A stretch of 54,849 nt of DNA, the filler included, from Sphacelaria rigidula (lineage: Eukaryota), in assembly GCA_964200075.2 (NCBI GenBank). It is 3 parts of 3 records of this genome, joined end to end, with 100 filler letters (N's around TTAATTAATTAA, not from the genome) between each part and the next. Parts side by side here need not be neighbours in the genome. Positions count along the whole stretch, not along the records: positions 1 to 18,221 come from CAXNAA020000892.1; positions 18,322 to 36,539 come from CAXNAA020000893.1; 1 more part is not named here. The stretch is one strand, 5' to 3'. Shown piece by piece: positions 14,101 through 26,400 of this stretch. Positions within the stretch are counted from its first letter, which is position 1. Every line of letters starts with the position of its first letter. A program made the position numbers and the translations under genes. A model generated the notes under the pieces. That model was not told the origin of the DNA, did no database searches, and saw nothing but the letters and a program-made list of their open reading frames with translations.

Positions 14101-14443
14101 CTACAACGGGCCGGCGGCAATGTGTGCAGTTGTGGCAGCTTTCAGCTATGGAGAAGGGGAGCTCAAAATAAACCAACGCACTTACCCACTACTGCCCGTA
14201 TATGTAGAGCAGCAATGCAATCTGCAGTCCACTGTCGGGTTTGCTATCGTCGGTGACTACAAGACGAACAGTTGTGGGGGCGCAGATTGGAGCATGCTCA
14301 CTAAAAACAGCACAACTGTGTCTGTATTCTCACCCTTGGCGTTGGAAGAAACCAAACGACGCAAGGTCGCTGACCTGGCTCAGCATCACGGGCTCCGCAG
14401 TGTCGCGGTTGAATCTCAGCACGGAAATAGCAACGACCTTCAT
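3289..14443 (-). CDS. YKT6: YKT6 longin R-SNARE, complete 6-exon gene, 198 aa
   Basis: Exons 14334-14443, 5867-5949, 5111-5211, 4561-4659, 3807-3872 and 3289-3426. All are GT-AG with matching phases and sum to 597 nt. Translation: [53 protein letters not shown]...YPPRVAF...[67 protein letters not shown]. This gives a longin domain, an R-SNARE motif and a C-terminal CCaaX prenylation signal. Confidence 0.97.
4125..4381. mobile_element. hAT-type MITE, copy 1 (YKT6 intron)
   Basis: Imperfect TIR cacggttcggacaaat / attcgtccgaccct. 8-bp TSD TCGGAAAC at 4117-4124 and 4382-4389. Confidence 0.8.
6326..6583. mobile_element. hAT-type MITE, copy 2 (YKT6 intron 1)
   Basis: Collinear with 4125-4381. Perfect 8-bp TSD CAACCGTC at 6318-6325 and 6584-6591. 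Confidence 0.85.
7063..7700 (-). mobile_element. piggyBac transposase C-terminal relic
   Basis: [32 protein letters not shown]...IAAVNS matches the piggyBac YN..MGGVD..DQ...Y...R..W.R...A.VN motif. A decayed Cys-containing tail follows. Confidence 0.75.
7740..8170 (+). mobile_element. Possible second piggyBac-like C-terminus (Cys-rich domain)
   Basis: [12 protein letters not shown] followed by RLRCSRSK...[15 protein letters not shown]...RCYND..YQTH, resembling the piggyBac cysteine-rich domain. Frameshifted. Confidence 0.4.
8255..8495 (+). repeat. Poly-G-headed interspersed repeat
   Basis: Homologous to 47450-47690 (same orientation) and 46775-46940 (inverted). A related poly-G-headed repeat is at 8580, 9345 and 47378. 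Confidence 0.75.
8880..9850. repeat. Decayed tandem array, units of about 135-160 bp with a conserved hairpin motif
   Basis: Motif GCAC(A/G)GCGCC..G...GTGCTGAG at 8947, 9105, 9240, 9577 and 9714. Confidence 0.7.
10677..11318 (+). CDS. Possible small two-exon ORF antisense within YKT6 intron 1
   Basis: ATG at 10677 to a CAG|GTGGGG donor (about 10818) joins in phase 1 to an acceptor at about 11118, after the (GT)n tract, and reads to TGA at 11318. No recognisable domain. Confidence 0.2.
11054..11105. repeat. (TG)n microsatellite
   Basis: Direct reading. Confidence 0.98.
12024..12216. repeat. Imperfect fold-back palindrome of about 190 bp
   Basis: tcgagtggagtatatacaattgcggggtattttgaa... pairs with ...ttcagaatgccccacaattgaggatactctactcga, and pairing continues to a short central loop. 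Confidence 0.85.
13066..13443 (+). mobile_element. tRNA-derived SINE
   Basis: A-box-like tggctgagttgg, B-box-like gagttccaatc, and a 3' (CA)n tail. Confidence 0.55.
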
Positions 14444-15536
14444 ATTTCCCTCCCCCGCACTACTTGGCCTGTGCTTGTACTCGATGTCTCACTGTTCGCA
14501 GAGTCACACGGCTAGTTGCAGACCAAGTTAAGTCAGCGATTCTACTCGTCCGACGTTCCAATCACATTATCCGTAAAAATTGACGGAATCCGATCAAATC
14601 AGACAATCCGACTGAGGCTCTTCCGCCAAATGTTCTTCGTGGGCATCACAGGCTGACTTGCGTGCGGCAAAGAGGTCGAGAAGCATCGCGAGCTTCACTT
14701 GAGACAACACGGGGTGAGTCATTCCAGCACATCTACATCGAGCTTGTATGCTGAAACTTCGTCTGTATTTCATCACACCCTGCGGTTGGGGGAAGCTAGC
14801 TAGCTCTCTGTGTAACCACCGCCATTTACCTTGCGTTGCAGGGAATCGATTGTACAGAGTTCGTTTTTCCATCTTCAGTGGGCTGGGTTGTGCAGATGGA
14901 TGGATGTTCGGTACCATCTCGTGTGTGAGTTGGTGATCGATTCTCACGTTGGTATAGCCGGAGGTAATGCTTTCTGGTCCTCAATATATTTGCTTCTTGT
15001 TTGGTGAATCTAGCACGATGAGACCATCACATCCGTGCCCGACAACCTATTGACTTGTGGGGCCTGAGACCGCACGCCTCTTTTATCAAGATGATTTGCG
15101 TCTGTGTCCCTGACTTGTCGCGATGCAAACCGTAGCGGACCGGAGAGGACTGTACTCGGCTCATGCCCTCCCGCCGGGGCGTTCCCCTAATTTTTGCGCG
15201 ACTGGCCCTGCACCCTGGAACAAAGTGCCTATTTTATTAATCCTTGTCGTGTGTTGGTATACGCTTCTCATGATGCTCTCAGATGGCGTTGTCAAACGCG
15301 ACTCTCCCACGCATCCCTTTCCCTAGCCCTCCCCTTTCTGTTCTGTAAATTCACGTAGTTCCGGATCCGAGTGCTACCGACGAACCCCATGCATATGCAT
15401 GCTACACAGCCGCGTATAAACCCCAGTAACAAGACATCAAAGGCAGTCGAACGCCTTTCTGACCGCTGCCACTAGTGGTAAGCTCACTCCAACGAACTGA
15501 CGAGCTTTACTCCCGTGAACACAGGTCCAGACACTC

Positions 15537-15751
15537 ATGGATCGACGAAGATGCTGGGCCGCCGCTGCGGCGACCCTGACTGTGGGAATAATCACCCTAA
15601 CCGACAGAGTTCCAACAGCGGACGCCTTTTACCTGCCCGGCGTGGCTCCCGTCACATTCGGGTTTTGCGAAGATGTGGAGGTCAAGGTCAATAAGCTCAC
15701 AAGCACCAGCACGCAACTGCCCCTGGACTACTACTCGATGCCGTTTTGCGA
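15537..15751 (+). CDS. Transmembrane 9 superfamily (nonaspanin/EMP70, TM9SF2/4-like), first coding exon only
   Basis: Signal-peptide-like N-terminus followed by the family signature AFYLPGVAP...VKVNKLTS...[12 protein letters not shown], ending at a GTGAGT donor (15752). No downstream exons found in the window. Confidence 0.9.
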
Positions 15752-15929
15752 GTGAGTGCTGGACTGGATCAAGTGTACGTGATGGTCTTTAAATATCTGT
15801 TCTGATGCACAGCGATAATAATGTCACCCTCTTCCTCAAAGATCAATTTGTGTCAGTTTTCACGACGCAAAAAGCGTATGGGTCTCCTGTATCTTCCCGA
15901 CAAAAGTCCGCATGTGATTGGCCACATCT

Positions 15930-16590
15930 TTTTACGAGATCGTGCGGATGTTCTCGGTTCATCTCAGACCAAAAGTGGGCGCATCCTCTATTTTTCCACA
16001 TGTGTGGTGGTACTTCAAATCTCGACTCACAGTTGTTGTCGCGGCTGGTGTAACGGTGGCGCTATGGTTGCATGGCGGGGATAACGCTGAGTGTGCTCAG
16101 CTGAGCACACGTTTTTTCGGGATCACTACATCATATACCGCAGTCGTTCTGCTGTTCCGGCTGCAATACCCAAATGGCTTTCTTGTTATTTTTCCCTCAC
16201 ACTTGCAGGTCTCTACTGCTGACTGCAGTCAATCTCTCCGCTTCTTTCTCGATTGCGGAGGTTGTTCAAAATGCCCCAAATGGGGTAGAGTCCGAGTACA
16301 GACACACGGTACCCTAAATCTCGGGCCACTGCTGTTGTCGCGGCTGGTGTGAACGTTGGTGCCATCGTTCACGACGGGGGCAGCACAGAATCTGCTGAGC
16401 AAACTGCATCGCAGGATCGCTACATGATACTGCAATTGTTCCGTTGTTGTAGCCACAATACCCGGATGACTTCTTTGTTGTCGAGTTACATTCGCCAGTC
16501 TCCACCGCTGACAGTTGTCATTCTCTTTGCTTCTTTCTTGGTTGCGAAGGTTGTTCAAAAATCAAAATGGGGTAGAGTCCGGCACAACGT
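15930..16590. repeat. Degenerate tandem duplication of about 300 bp
   Basis: tgttgtcgcggctggtgt at about 16035 and 16334; ggttgttcaaaa...aaatggggtagagtccg at about 16260 and 16550. Confidence 0.7.
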
Positions 16591-18221
16591 CCCAACATCG
16601 GGATATATTTTTGTATGACGTAAAATTCAACCAGTCAGAGACCCCTCAGTGAGGCAGCGGCGGAATTCAGCGCCAATGAAGGGCAACCTTCGCAGTGAAT
16701 TATGTAGTGAAAAATGCGTTGTGATTGACTTGCAGAATCAAGTCACACATGTAGTGTACGCCGGGACGGATAGAACAGCAGCAGAGAAACGATGCTGCAA
16801 GCAGACACGCAGACAGCGAGAGGTACATTGCTGCCGCAGTGCGTCACTGTGATGCTCTTTTATCGGTATATCCCCATCTTACTATAGCTGGTTGTGCCTC
16901 TCCGTGGCCGCGAACGCTAGCGCCGATGCCAGCGGCAGCAGGCGCCATGCTGACGGGTGCAAGCAGTTAATACCCCGTATGTGCAGTATATCCGTACTGT
17001 TATGGGTGGGACTGGGGCCCGATTTTGGGTACTGTATTTCGGGGAAATGGATCACGAACGCTTTATGCGTAAGAACTGGACCGTAACCAGGCGAATCATA
17101 TCAATGAAAAATACATGCGTCACCTAAAAACAACGACCTGGCTCATATAAAATGTACCATAAAAATGGTACATATCTTCAAGCCTGTGAGTGCTCGGTGT
17201 TGAAATGATACTGTTCCTCCGGATAACTCGCTCCAGAATCAATGGGTGATGCCTCTCGGTGCACCAGTGTTGAGCTGCTGTACTACTCGGGAAGCGCACG
17301 CCCCCGAGCTGCCACCCCACGTTTACCACCATTGCGAATATAACAAGACAAGAAGACGAACAGCAGCAGCTGTGGCCGCCACACACCAACGTATGTGCAG
17401 TGAAGAGCGTGCCTGACATCGTGCTAGAACGAGAAAGTGCGGAAATTTGGATACCATGAGCAGCAGCGTTGCGCATCCGTCGGGTTCTGTCTCGAAAACG
17501 TCTGTGAGAAGACGGCCCTGTTTCATCCGGAACTCGTCCTCTACAAGCCAAGGGGTGAAAGGGCATTCGCTCATGATGAGTTAGGTTGTCCTTCATACAC
17601 GTCCCCGCAGAACAGAGCAGCACAAGGCGAACCGCCAGCAAATGTTGTGATATTGGTGCCAAAAAATAGCATTTGGTCGAAGATGTAAGTTGGTGTAAAT
17701 TGCATAGTTTACATATTATTTTCAGTATATACAGGATGACAGTTGAAACACCGTGGCTCTGCTGACCTGTTTATACATTGTCAGTGGGTAAACATCGCCA
17801 TCGACGCCCTGGTTTCTCCACTGGAACCCTCAGATCCAACAGCCGAAGTCCAGGTGTTCCGTCGCCCTCTTCAACTCAATGCATGAGGGATACTCGCTGT
17901 TGAAAGGCTAATTTGCTCATTGTGCACAGCCGTACAGAACGAAGCAGCACCTGGCAGCACGCCACAAAGTGAAACGCCGTCACACGCTGCTCGCTGCAAG
18001 AAAAAAATATGCAGCTCAAAACGAAGCTGTCGACCGTCGCATAGTATGCATCAGGGCGTGTCTCAGCACTTTTTTTTCGATCGAAAACATCCAGTCGAAA
18101 GGCACGAAGCGGTACTTGACTCTTGTCTTACAGACCACCACGCCAAACAACACCCGTTCACAGGACCATGCAACCTCCATCCAACTCATTCTCAGCTACC
18201 ACCGCAACCCCGCAGCAAAGA

Positions 18222-18321
18222 NNNNNNNNNNNNNNNNNNNNNNNNNNNNNNNNNNNNNNNNNNNNTTAATTAATTAANNNNNNNNNNNNNNNNNNNNNNN
18301 NNNNNNNNNNNNNNNNNNNNN
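18222..18321. other. Artificial contig spacer (44N-TTAATTAATTAA-44N)
   Basis: Six-frame stop linker inside an N run, exactly 100 nt. Confidence 0.97.
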
Positions 18322-19227
18322 GCTTGACACAGCAACGACCGAGGGAAAACATGTGGGGTATGTCACACATGCCGACAAGACAGAGCTCAATTGACCACAC
18401 AAACTACTACCGGACAAGTATCGCGACATATATGTGTAATGCTTAGATGGCCGTGTTGTCGCGTGTTTCAAAACTTTGCCGCGCCCACAGCGGCAGCTCA
18501 CGCGTATTTTGCTTGCCTCTCCAAAACCCTACAACTGATCGTGAATGACTGCAGGCAGACAAGGTGTTTCTGTAGTCGCCGACAGAAACAAGACGATTCG
18601 GAGATGAATCTCATATCATAGCCAACAGCGGGTGTCTTTGGGTGGGGGACGTTAAGAAAGCGATGCTACGGTTTTCAAACATATCTCTGAAAATGAGATA
18701 TAGGGAAGAGTAAATGAGAGAAGTAAAGTGCACTCGTGTATGTCTCGGAATAGAAGTTTGTTTACTAGAAACGTTTTAAAGATGTGAAAAATGAAAACTT
18801 TTGTTCATGAAAGATTTCCTGTTCTTCGCAAATTTCCGAGGGATCGAAAAGCCCTGGCATCGCTTTCTCAAGGCCTGAGGGAAGCCAACTAAAGCGTAGC
18901 CTCTCACCTAAAGACACCCGCTGTTGGCTATGATATAAGATTCATCTCCGAATCGTCTTGTTTCTGTCGGCGACTACAGAAACACCTTGTCTGCCTGCAG
19001 TCATTCACGATCAGTTGTAGGGCTTTGGAGAGGCAAGCAAAATACGCGTGAGCTGCCGCTGTGGGCGCGGCAAAGTTTTGAAACACGCGACAACACGGCC
19101 ATCTAAGCATTACACATATATATCGCGATACTTGTCCGGTAGTAGTTTGTGTGGTCAATTGAGCTCTGTCTTGTCGGCATGTGTGACATACCCCACATGT
19201 TTTCCCTCGATCGTTGCTGTGTCAAGC
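18322..19227. repeat. Long inverted repeat (323-bp arms, 260-bp spacer)
   Basis: 18322-18644 is the reverse complement of 18905-19227 with about five substitutions. Confidence 0.95.
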
Positions 19228-19859
19228 ATGCTCAACACGTGAACGACATGCCCTCCCCCGCTGGGCTCCTTGAGATGTAACAACCCAACCAACGTCAAAC
19301 AAGACGTTTTTGGTCAGCGCTCGACGGCGTGGGCCACAAAGGAAGCGGAAATGAGTCCATATGGTACAAGAATGCCCTTGCGCATGATCGAATCATATCT
19401 CGCTTCAGGCAAACGGTAGTGGCGGCCTCGGCAGAATGAAGGACGATCGACAAAATGAATATATGACCACTCCCTGCAGTGACATTGACTGTACATCAGA
19501 AAGAGCGCACCTGTGCTCACAGCGTACAGCGTACAAGCCCCCATGTGGGCCACGTCACCAGCAGCTAAGTCACCGCCAGAGGTGTCTTGTTTCACAAGGC
19601 ATGTCAAGACTGTCTCCATGGCCGTGCGCTCTATAGTATATGACCCTTACCGTAGTCTTCATTCATTGCCGTCTATCGTTGCAGCAACCCGCACAGAACC
19701 CTAATGGATGGTACTACGTTTACGAAATACTCCTCACCGCCCGATTGGGAATCTTCGCGCGGCCGTCATTGCTCGCTCTCCTGTGCGTGAGAAGGATAGC
19801 TAGGGTGGGTACATCACACTGCTTTTTGTCGACGAGTTCTATAGAGGACAGAGGTACGT

Positions 19860-20020
19860 TCTGTCCAAAGCGCGGGCAGAAAGGAATCACTACCTGCAAT
19901 GTTCAGCCGATCAGACGAGATGTGGCAATTGGGTGCACCCTGCCTCGACGCCCACTTTGCTTTCAGAGCAAATGCACTATTCAAAAATGCGTTCACTTTC
20001 CTAACTTTTCACACGAAAAT
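19860..20020 (+). mobile_element. Possible DNA-transposase relic (Sola-like)
   Basis: LSKARAERNHYLQC...MHYS / VHFPNFS resembles the A..ER..Y...MHYSFDFAQ.VH.P motif I associate with Sola-type transposases. Short and frameshifted. Confidence 0.3.
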
Positions 20021-20461
20021 GTCGAACTTTCAGAAGCAGGTTCAACCTCACCGGGATATCGAGTTCCATATTCACATGTTCCAGGTGACCCTCTTCAACA
20101 GTACTAACACATGGGATTTACTTGCATGTGGTAGTTGACACCTCGCGCACATATCGCACAAACAAAACATATCCATGCTTCCCGACACTTTGGTTACGTA
20201 AGGAAATGAGTGGTAGCGTGCAATACTGTTTTTTCAAGGTAAGCAAAGATGCTGTCTCAGCGTCGACATACTCCGCATTCAGAGGGGGCACAGATTTCAG
20301 TAGGGCGTCACTGGAGCCTAGATAGAGTTTGAGGCAGCCGCACGGCAATTGGCATTCTGCGATTGCCCGCAGTTTCAAAACGCATCGTGAGCTGTTCGTA
20401 GAATATAATATCATTGAGCCATCGCACCGCAACGTTTACCGACTCTTTTCACGCTTGCTAG

Positions 20462-23400
20462 CTGGACGATTTGCGTACGGAGCACGCTGAGATTCAGGCT
20501 ATGGCGGACGGACTGAACCAAAGAAATCAAGCTCTAGGGAACGAACTCCGCCACCTCGAGCGACAGGTCAAATACAACGTGAATCCTGGCGGCGCTCTTT
20601 ACGACCATAGCCATGAAACGAACGACGTCGACACCAACATCCCTTCCACCACGCACGACGGGTACAGGTAAGCGGTGCACCGCTCTTATCGTCGAGGAAG
20701 GATCATGATCTCTTTGTAGATTCGGCAAGGAGGACGACGTTCGGGTCTAGCGCATGACGAACCGTAACTATCATTAACTCTCCGCGACTGTACAAACAAG
20801 ACACATGGTAGATAAGGGCAGGCAGCCGAGGTGGGGCTGGAAAGTGTTCGTGGTACATACATGGAGTGTGCGAGGTTGGGGCATTGAGTGATCTCAATAT
20901 ATGGAGGAGATTTCTGATTGCAAAAATCGAAGTGGTTCGTGTAAAGGTTGGTTACGCAATCTTTCACAGTTGTCATGCGCTCGTACACGAGTGACCTCTT
21001 CACCGTGTGGTGCAAGTACTCCTTTCGTTGATGGAAAGGAGTGATGCCACGGTAGGGGTGCACATTTTTATTCCAAACGTTTTCTGGGGCTGGATACTAA
21101 GACCCTATATTTATCATCAAGAGGCGCCGACAACAAAGAGCCTCAGAAAGAAAATTACACCTCTACTGTGACTTTGCTCCAAGAGTATCCAAATGAAACG
21201 TGCTAATTTTATAGCGTAATTTCGAATTGGTTCCTCCCTGAGCGCAGCACCTTGCCCCCTAGCTCGTTATCCCAGGCCTTGGGATGTTGGGCCAGTTTTC
21301 AAGCGTTTATTTGTTGCTTTTCGCCACATTTTCCCACTCGCGAGGTGCAAAGAATGCGCCAATGGGACGTGCCAATGGAACCTCGAGGTACCAGTGACAC
21401 GGGCCAGCGGTACGTGTCGATGCCATCGGTGGTGTATGCTATCGCCAAGGGCTGTGCGACCTGCCCAAATGTCCAATACGACCTCTGCTGAACTGACACG
21501 CGGGCCGTGAACCCCCTCGGATGGGCTCAGATGGGCTATTCCATGTTAACAATCCAGAACCAGTTTTCGTTTCACTGGATAGAACGCATTTTGTCATGGA
21601 CATGTGGAGGTTAGGCATTATTATAAACGTCAGTAGGAGTAGTATTCCCGCACATTAGTCCGATCTCTCGAACCCGTAGTCGCAGTCGTAGGCTCGTCTT
21701 TCCAGTACCGTCCCTGCTGTTTCTTGCAAGACATAAAGTTCAGACTATGAGCAAAAACAAAAATGGCCAAACAAAAAGGTACCAGAACACACCCTTCAGA
21801 TCTGCTGAAAAGCACACCGAAACAAAGGGGAAAAAGACAAGAAAAAACAAGAAAAGACAGATACCAAAAGGAGACTAGCATGGCCACCAAGCGAGGGTCA
21901 AATTCAACCATCCTAGGTTCTCTCATAGACAACGAGCAAAGCTGTTCAGAAGGACGGCAGATTCACTAGCGAGTGCACTATGCGACAGCAAACAGTCCCT
22001 TAGCATGACGTGCTTTGATCTAGGCTGCGATGTACATCTTAGCCCCCTTCTTTCGGACTTGGTACCATTCGGACATATCTTGGGAAACCTGCGTCCACGA
22101 TGTTGCATTTATTCCGAACAGTATTCCGTGATACAGTGTTGTAGGCGTCTTGCCCATCGGCCTGCTTTCATCTTCCCTCCGACCATGACTTCACGCGTGG
22201 CGATGTTGGGGGGGCGTTCATCATGCATGCGGACGACGCGGTTGGTGTGTAAGAGGGTTCGTGTCATCACGGTGGCTTCGATGCACTCGCAGCGAATTCG
22301 GGTCTCGTGGTATGGTAGCATGTGGTAGTAGGGGGCATGCGACATGAGGTATGCTTGTCGAGACACCTCAGCAGAAACCCTCGATAATTCTCCTGTAACG
22401 TCCCGAAATTGTGTGTGCGATCTTCCACGTCATGCAGTCATAGAGCATTTCCTCGATCGCTTCAGTCTTCAGGAGACGAACCTTGATGGGCAGGGCGATT
22501 TGCGGGTAGTCGTATACCGCTCTGCTGTACTTGTCGTAGTCCAGGCACGGCCAATGCGGCTGCGGATCTCAGGAGTGACATCGTGGATGCTGCCGATTTC
22601 TCTGCCGACGTAGAGAAGATATGCAGCTTACCTGTATCTCTGGCGCGCCGCCTCCACCTTGACCAAATATACCTCCATCTTCGGAGAGCGCATGTGCATG
22701 GTGACTGTCATCTTTTCCGCCACGACGAGGCCGAATGCCGCAAATACTTGGACGACGGCCGTCCTCATCTTCGCCAGGCTTACGTGAGACCGCGAGGCGA
22801 TGCCAGCATCGTCGGCGTATAGCATAGCCTAGAGCACATTACTGAGTTCGTCCCTGGTGCTCCTGCCCCTTTCAGCGATGCGAATTAAGTCCTGCGCCAC
22901 TATTTTAGTGATCGAATAGTCGTCGAACGTCACCGTCAACACCGCCACGAAACATATGTTGAAAAACCTGGGGGAGAGCGCATAGCCTTGGTAGAGGCCC
23001 TGGATACCATTTAACCACTCGGATATTTCGCGACTGTCAAAGCGTACACGTGTCCGCACACCGTCGTAGAACTGGTGGATGATGAAAATAATCCTGGTGG
23101 GGGAACTGTAGCGTGCTAGAACGTTTTAGAAAGAGAGCGGTCCAACGAGTCGCATGCCTTTTGGAGGTCGATGGAACACATGTACAGTGGAAAATTCTTC
23201 TCTCTAGCCAGTTCTTGGAGCCTGCGCACAACGAACAGCATGTTGATTGTCGACCAGCCGGGTCGGAAACCGTACTGCGCTTCGGGGAGGACTCCCCTTC
23301 ACTCACCGTAGGCGCTGAGGCGAGTCGCAACTACCTTGAGTATCACCCCACGCCGGACCCGAGAGAAATACCACGGTAGTTGACGTATTCGTCGTGCGGG

Positions 23401-26400
23401 CCCGGTATCCTGGAAGGTACCTTGACAATGGTGTCTTTCCATTCTTGTGAAACTACTTCCCGACGTCACAGGGCGAGAAAGATGTGTTGAAGGCACTTCA
23501 GGATGGCAGAGGCCTCGATGTGACCGAGCTTCAATAGTGTGCCGCAGATGTCGTCCGTCCCAACGGCCTTGCCATTCTCCAGTTTGTCCACCACTTCCTC
23601 CACGTCTTCCATCGAGGGCTCGGCCGCGAGCGGTGTGTGCTCTGGCATCTGTTCGATGGGGCCGATGACAGAGTGGTCGATCGCAGGCGAGGTTGCGTTC
23701 AGAAGTGCTCCAAACCACTGCTTCGAACGTTTCAGGATAGCCTGCTCGTCCCGCAACAGCTCGCCGGTCGCGGTCCTGACGTAGGTCGAGTTGCATTCCT
23801 CCTTTCCTTTGGGTTCAAAAGACTTCATGTGCTGCTATAGTCCTGCTTGATCCTTGTTGCAAACAGCCTCTGCTGTCCGGATTGTGAAGTCGTGAACAAC
23901 ATTCCACAGTTCAACATCCTCCACCCATTTTAACGCTTTGTCCGTCACCTTCAGCGCCATATTCAGAACGGGGTCTTTGAGGCTGGTGCGCAGCTTTTTC
24001 CATACATGTTCCCTGAGGTTCCAAACCTTTTGGAGGCGATTCTGAGCCTGAGATGACTCACTGAAACCTCTGGATGGGGGTTTCTATGAGCATCGAGGGA
24101 GGGTATCCGCGGCCGTCTGTCGGAGGGCATTGGCGAAGGTAGAAAATATACCGTTAACATACATTACGGCGGGGAAGCTGGTGGCATTCGGTAACTTGTC
24201 GGCAACGGCCTGTGAGACACTCGCTCTCCAGCCTCGGTCGGGTGCGAGGGTTTCATGGTCGAAACGCGCTCCCCTTTCCCCACCTCGCGGTTTCAGTTGG
24301 CGGTTGGGTGCGCCTCGTCCGAGGAGACGGATGGCGGCCAGCCGATGGTCCGATTTCATCTCGGGGTACACAGTGATATTACAGATGAATCTGTGGTCTT
24401 GCTGACGTACTAGGATGTAGTCCAGGCGCCAGCGGTGTTCGATCTCCGATTCCGCATTCATGTATGCGGTCGAGCTTTCCCCGCGACGTGGCGTGCGAAA
24501 GTATGTGTTGGTGATGACTACTTGATGTTCCGCAGCATTTCGGTAGGCGTCTACAGTACCATTATCCGTCCGGGTGTCTCTGCCATACTCTCCCAATACC
24601 TGAACGCCACCCATCCCTCCTCCTTCTCTCGTCCCGGTACGAGCATTAGTATCCATTATGAGTAGCAGGTGCTCGTTGGTCGGCACTTCAGCGATGGAAC
24701 TACTGAGGGTTCTCCAGAACCTGGCCTTTTCAGACCGTTGTTGTGTCTCGGTAGGAGCATACCCTACGATGAAGGTTGTTGCAACCCTATGCCTGACGGC
24801 TACTCGTACCTTAAGGACCCTTGCACTCACGTGTTCGGGGATGATGCCTATTGGGCCCAGCGTGTTGGCGATATACTCCTTAGTGACAAGGCCGACTCCG
24901 AGTACTCCCGGTTTACCCCCGTCTCCATTGCCGTGGCCGCTGCATTAGGCGATGTATCCTGCTGCTGGCGCGTGGAGGGTTGTCTCCCATCGGGACGGGT
25001 TTCTTGAAGGGCGACGAAATCACAGCTGCATTTAGATGCGAAAACAGCAGGGCTTCTGCGTGGCTCGTGCCGTTGGAGCCTCTCTCGGTCATGGTGCGTA
25101 CATTCCAAGTCGCCACTGCCAGCTGTTTGGGTCGAGACTCCGCCGTTGCAGCAGTGCGATTGGCGCATGCCTGAGACTTGGCTGCCCGCCGAACTGGTCT
25201 TCCTCATCTTCTCTTCCTTCGTCTTTCCGTGTCCCATTTCTTCGGGTATTTAATCCAACATTCTTGGGCTCCACTCTGTTTCCACATACTTTTCTACCGA
25301 CGCTGGTTCATGCGTAGTTGCTCCTGCAAAGGGTTCAGCGGGCCCTGTGCATTTCGATCTCCACCAAGCCAATCTTCATGCATACACGCGCGTCGCTGTC
25401 TGCTCATGGAGCTACGACAACAATGCTTTCGGTGGCGATGATCCATCGGATTAGCAGCTCCTACCGCCAGGGATAGGGCGTGTTCCGGTATCGTCAACAT
25501 GTAACAGCAGTATTACAGGTGGTAACCACCGCATGGTGCGTCAGTATTGACAGCACGACTGACAGTCAATCCCACACCATTATCGACAGGAGAAGGTTGA
25601 CAGTAGGAGTCACTTACTCTCCGCAAAAGCCGAGTGTTGCACCTTTTCAGGGGTCGTGGCCTTCAGCTGGCCTAACTCGGCCTCGGCGGTTCGGGTCTAC
25701 AGTCGGGTGAGGGTATAGACTGTATCACGGGTGATTGTATGATGCTACGGTAAAGGTGCACAAATATTTTCTCAGATTAGAATTGTGAGGAGCCCCTTAT
25801 CTCATCCAAACCACGACTTATAAAATATGTGAGAGTGTGCCAAGATTCCCATTTCAATGTGCCAGGAATATCACGAGAAAATTTGCAAACGGGGATGTCC
25901 TGACCCATTTCTTGTGCATCTAGAATCGTCAATAGCTCCTGCATCAGACGAGACTTTGCGCAAACAGTGCACCCCTACCGTAGCATTGCTCGATAAACAT
26001 CGTAAGATTCGCCCGTGCAGGAGTACTTTGACAGTAGGAGTCTTCCACCTACGCACGGACGTGGTACGGAGCAGTTTAACAATAGTTGTCACTGATTCCC
26101 CCGTACTAGCCAAAATGTTAGGCCTCTCCTTGGGCCGCTGCCGTCAGTCGGCCTGACGCGGCCTCAGTGGCTCGGAGCCAACGTCGAGAGAAGCTTAGAT
26201 ACCATTACTACTAGGCATACATATAGACAAAATCACGGAGAGCACCTTGCAGGTTTTTACCCTGAAACCACATGCGTGCAGAGTCTTTGCTGGACACAAC
26301 CGCAAAAAACAGTCAGCATGCATTCGCCCTCCGCTGAAACAAGTCCACTGCACGCTGCTGTGCCTCTGTTTAGTGCTTCACAACAACACTGCAGGTAGCG

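Noticed and set aside
14027..14515. 162-aa plus-strand ORF
   Set aside because: Overlaps YKT6 exon 1 on the opposite strand and has no recognisable domain.
17120..17690. 180-aa and 83-aa ORFs as possible TM9SF exons or a transposase
   Set aside because: No TM9SF motifs and no family I can recognise.
18266..18277. TTAATTAATTAA palindrome inside N runs (also at 36584-36595)
   Set aside because: Artificial six-frame stop linker used for joining contigs, not biology.
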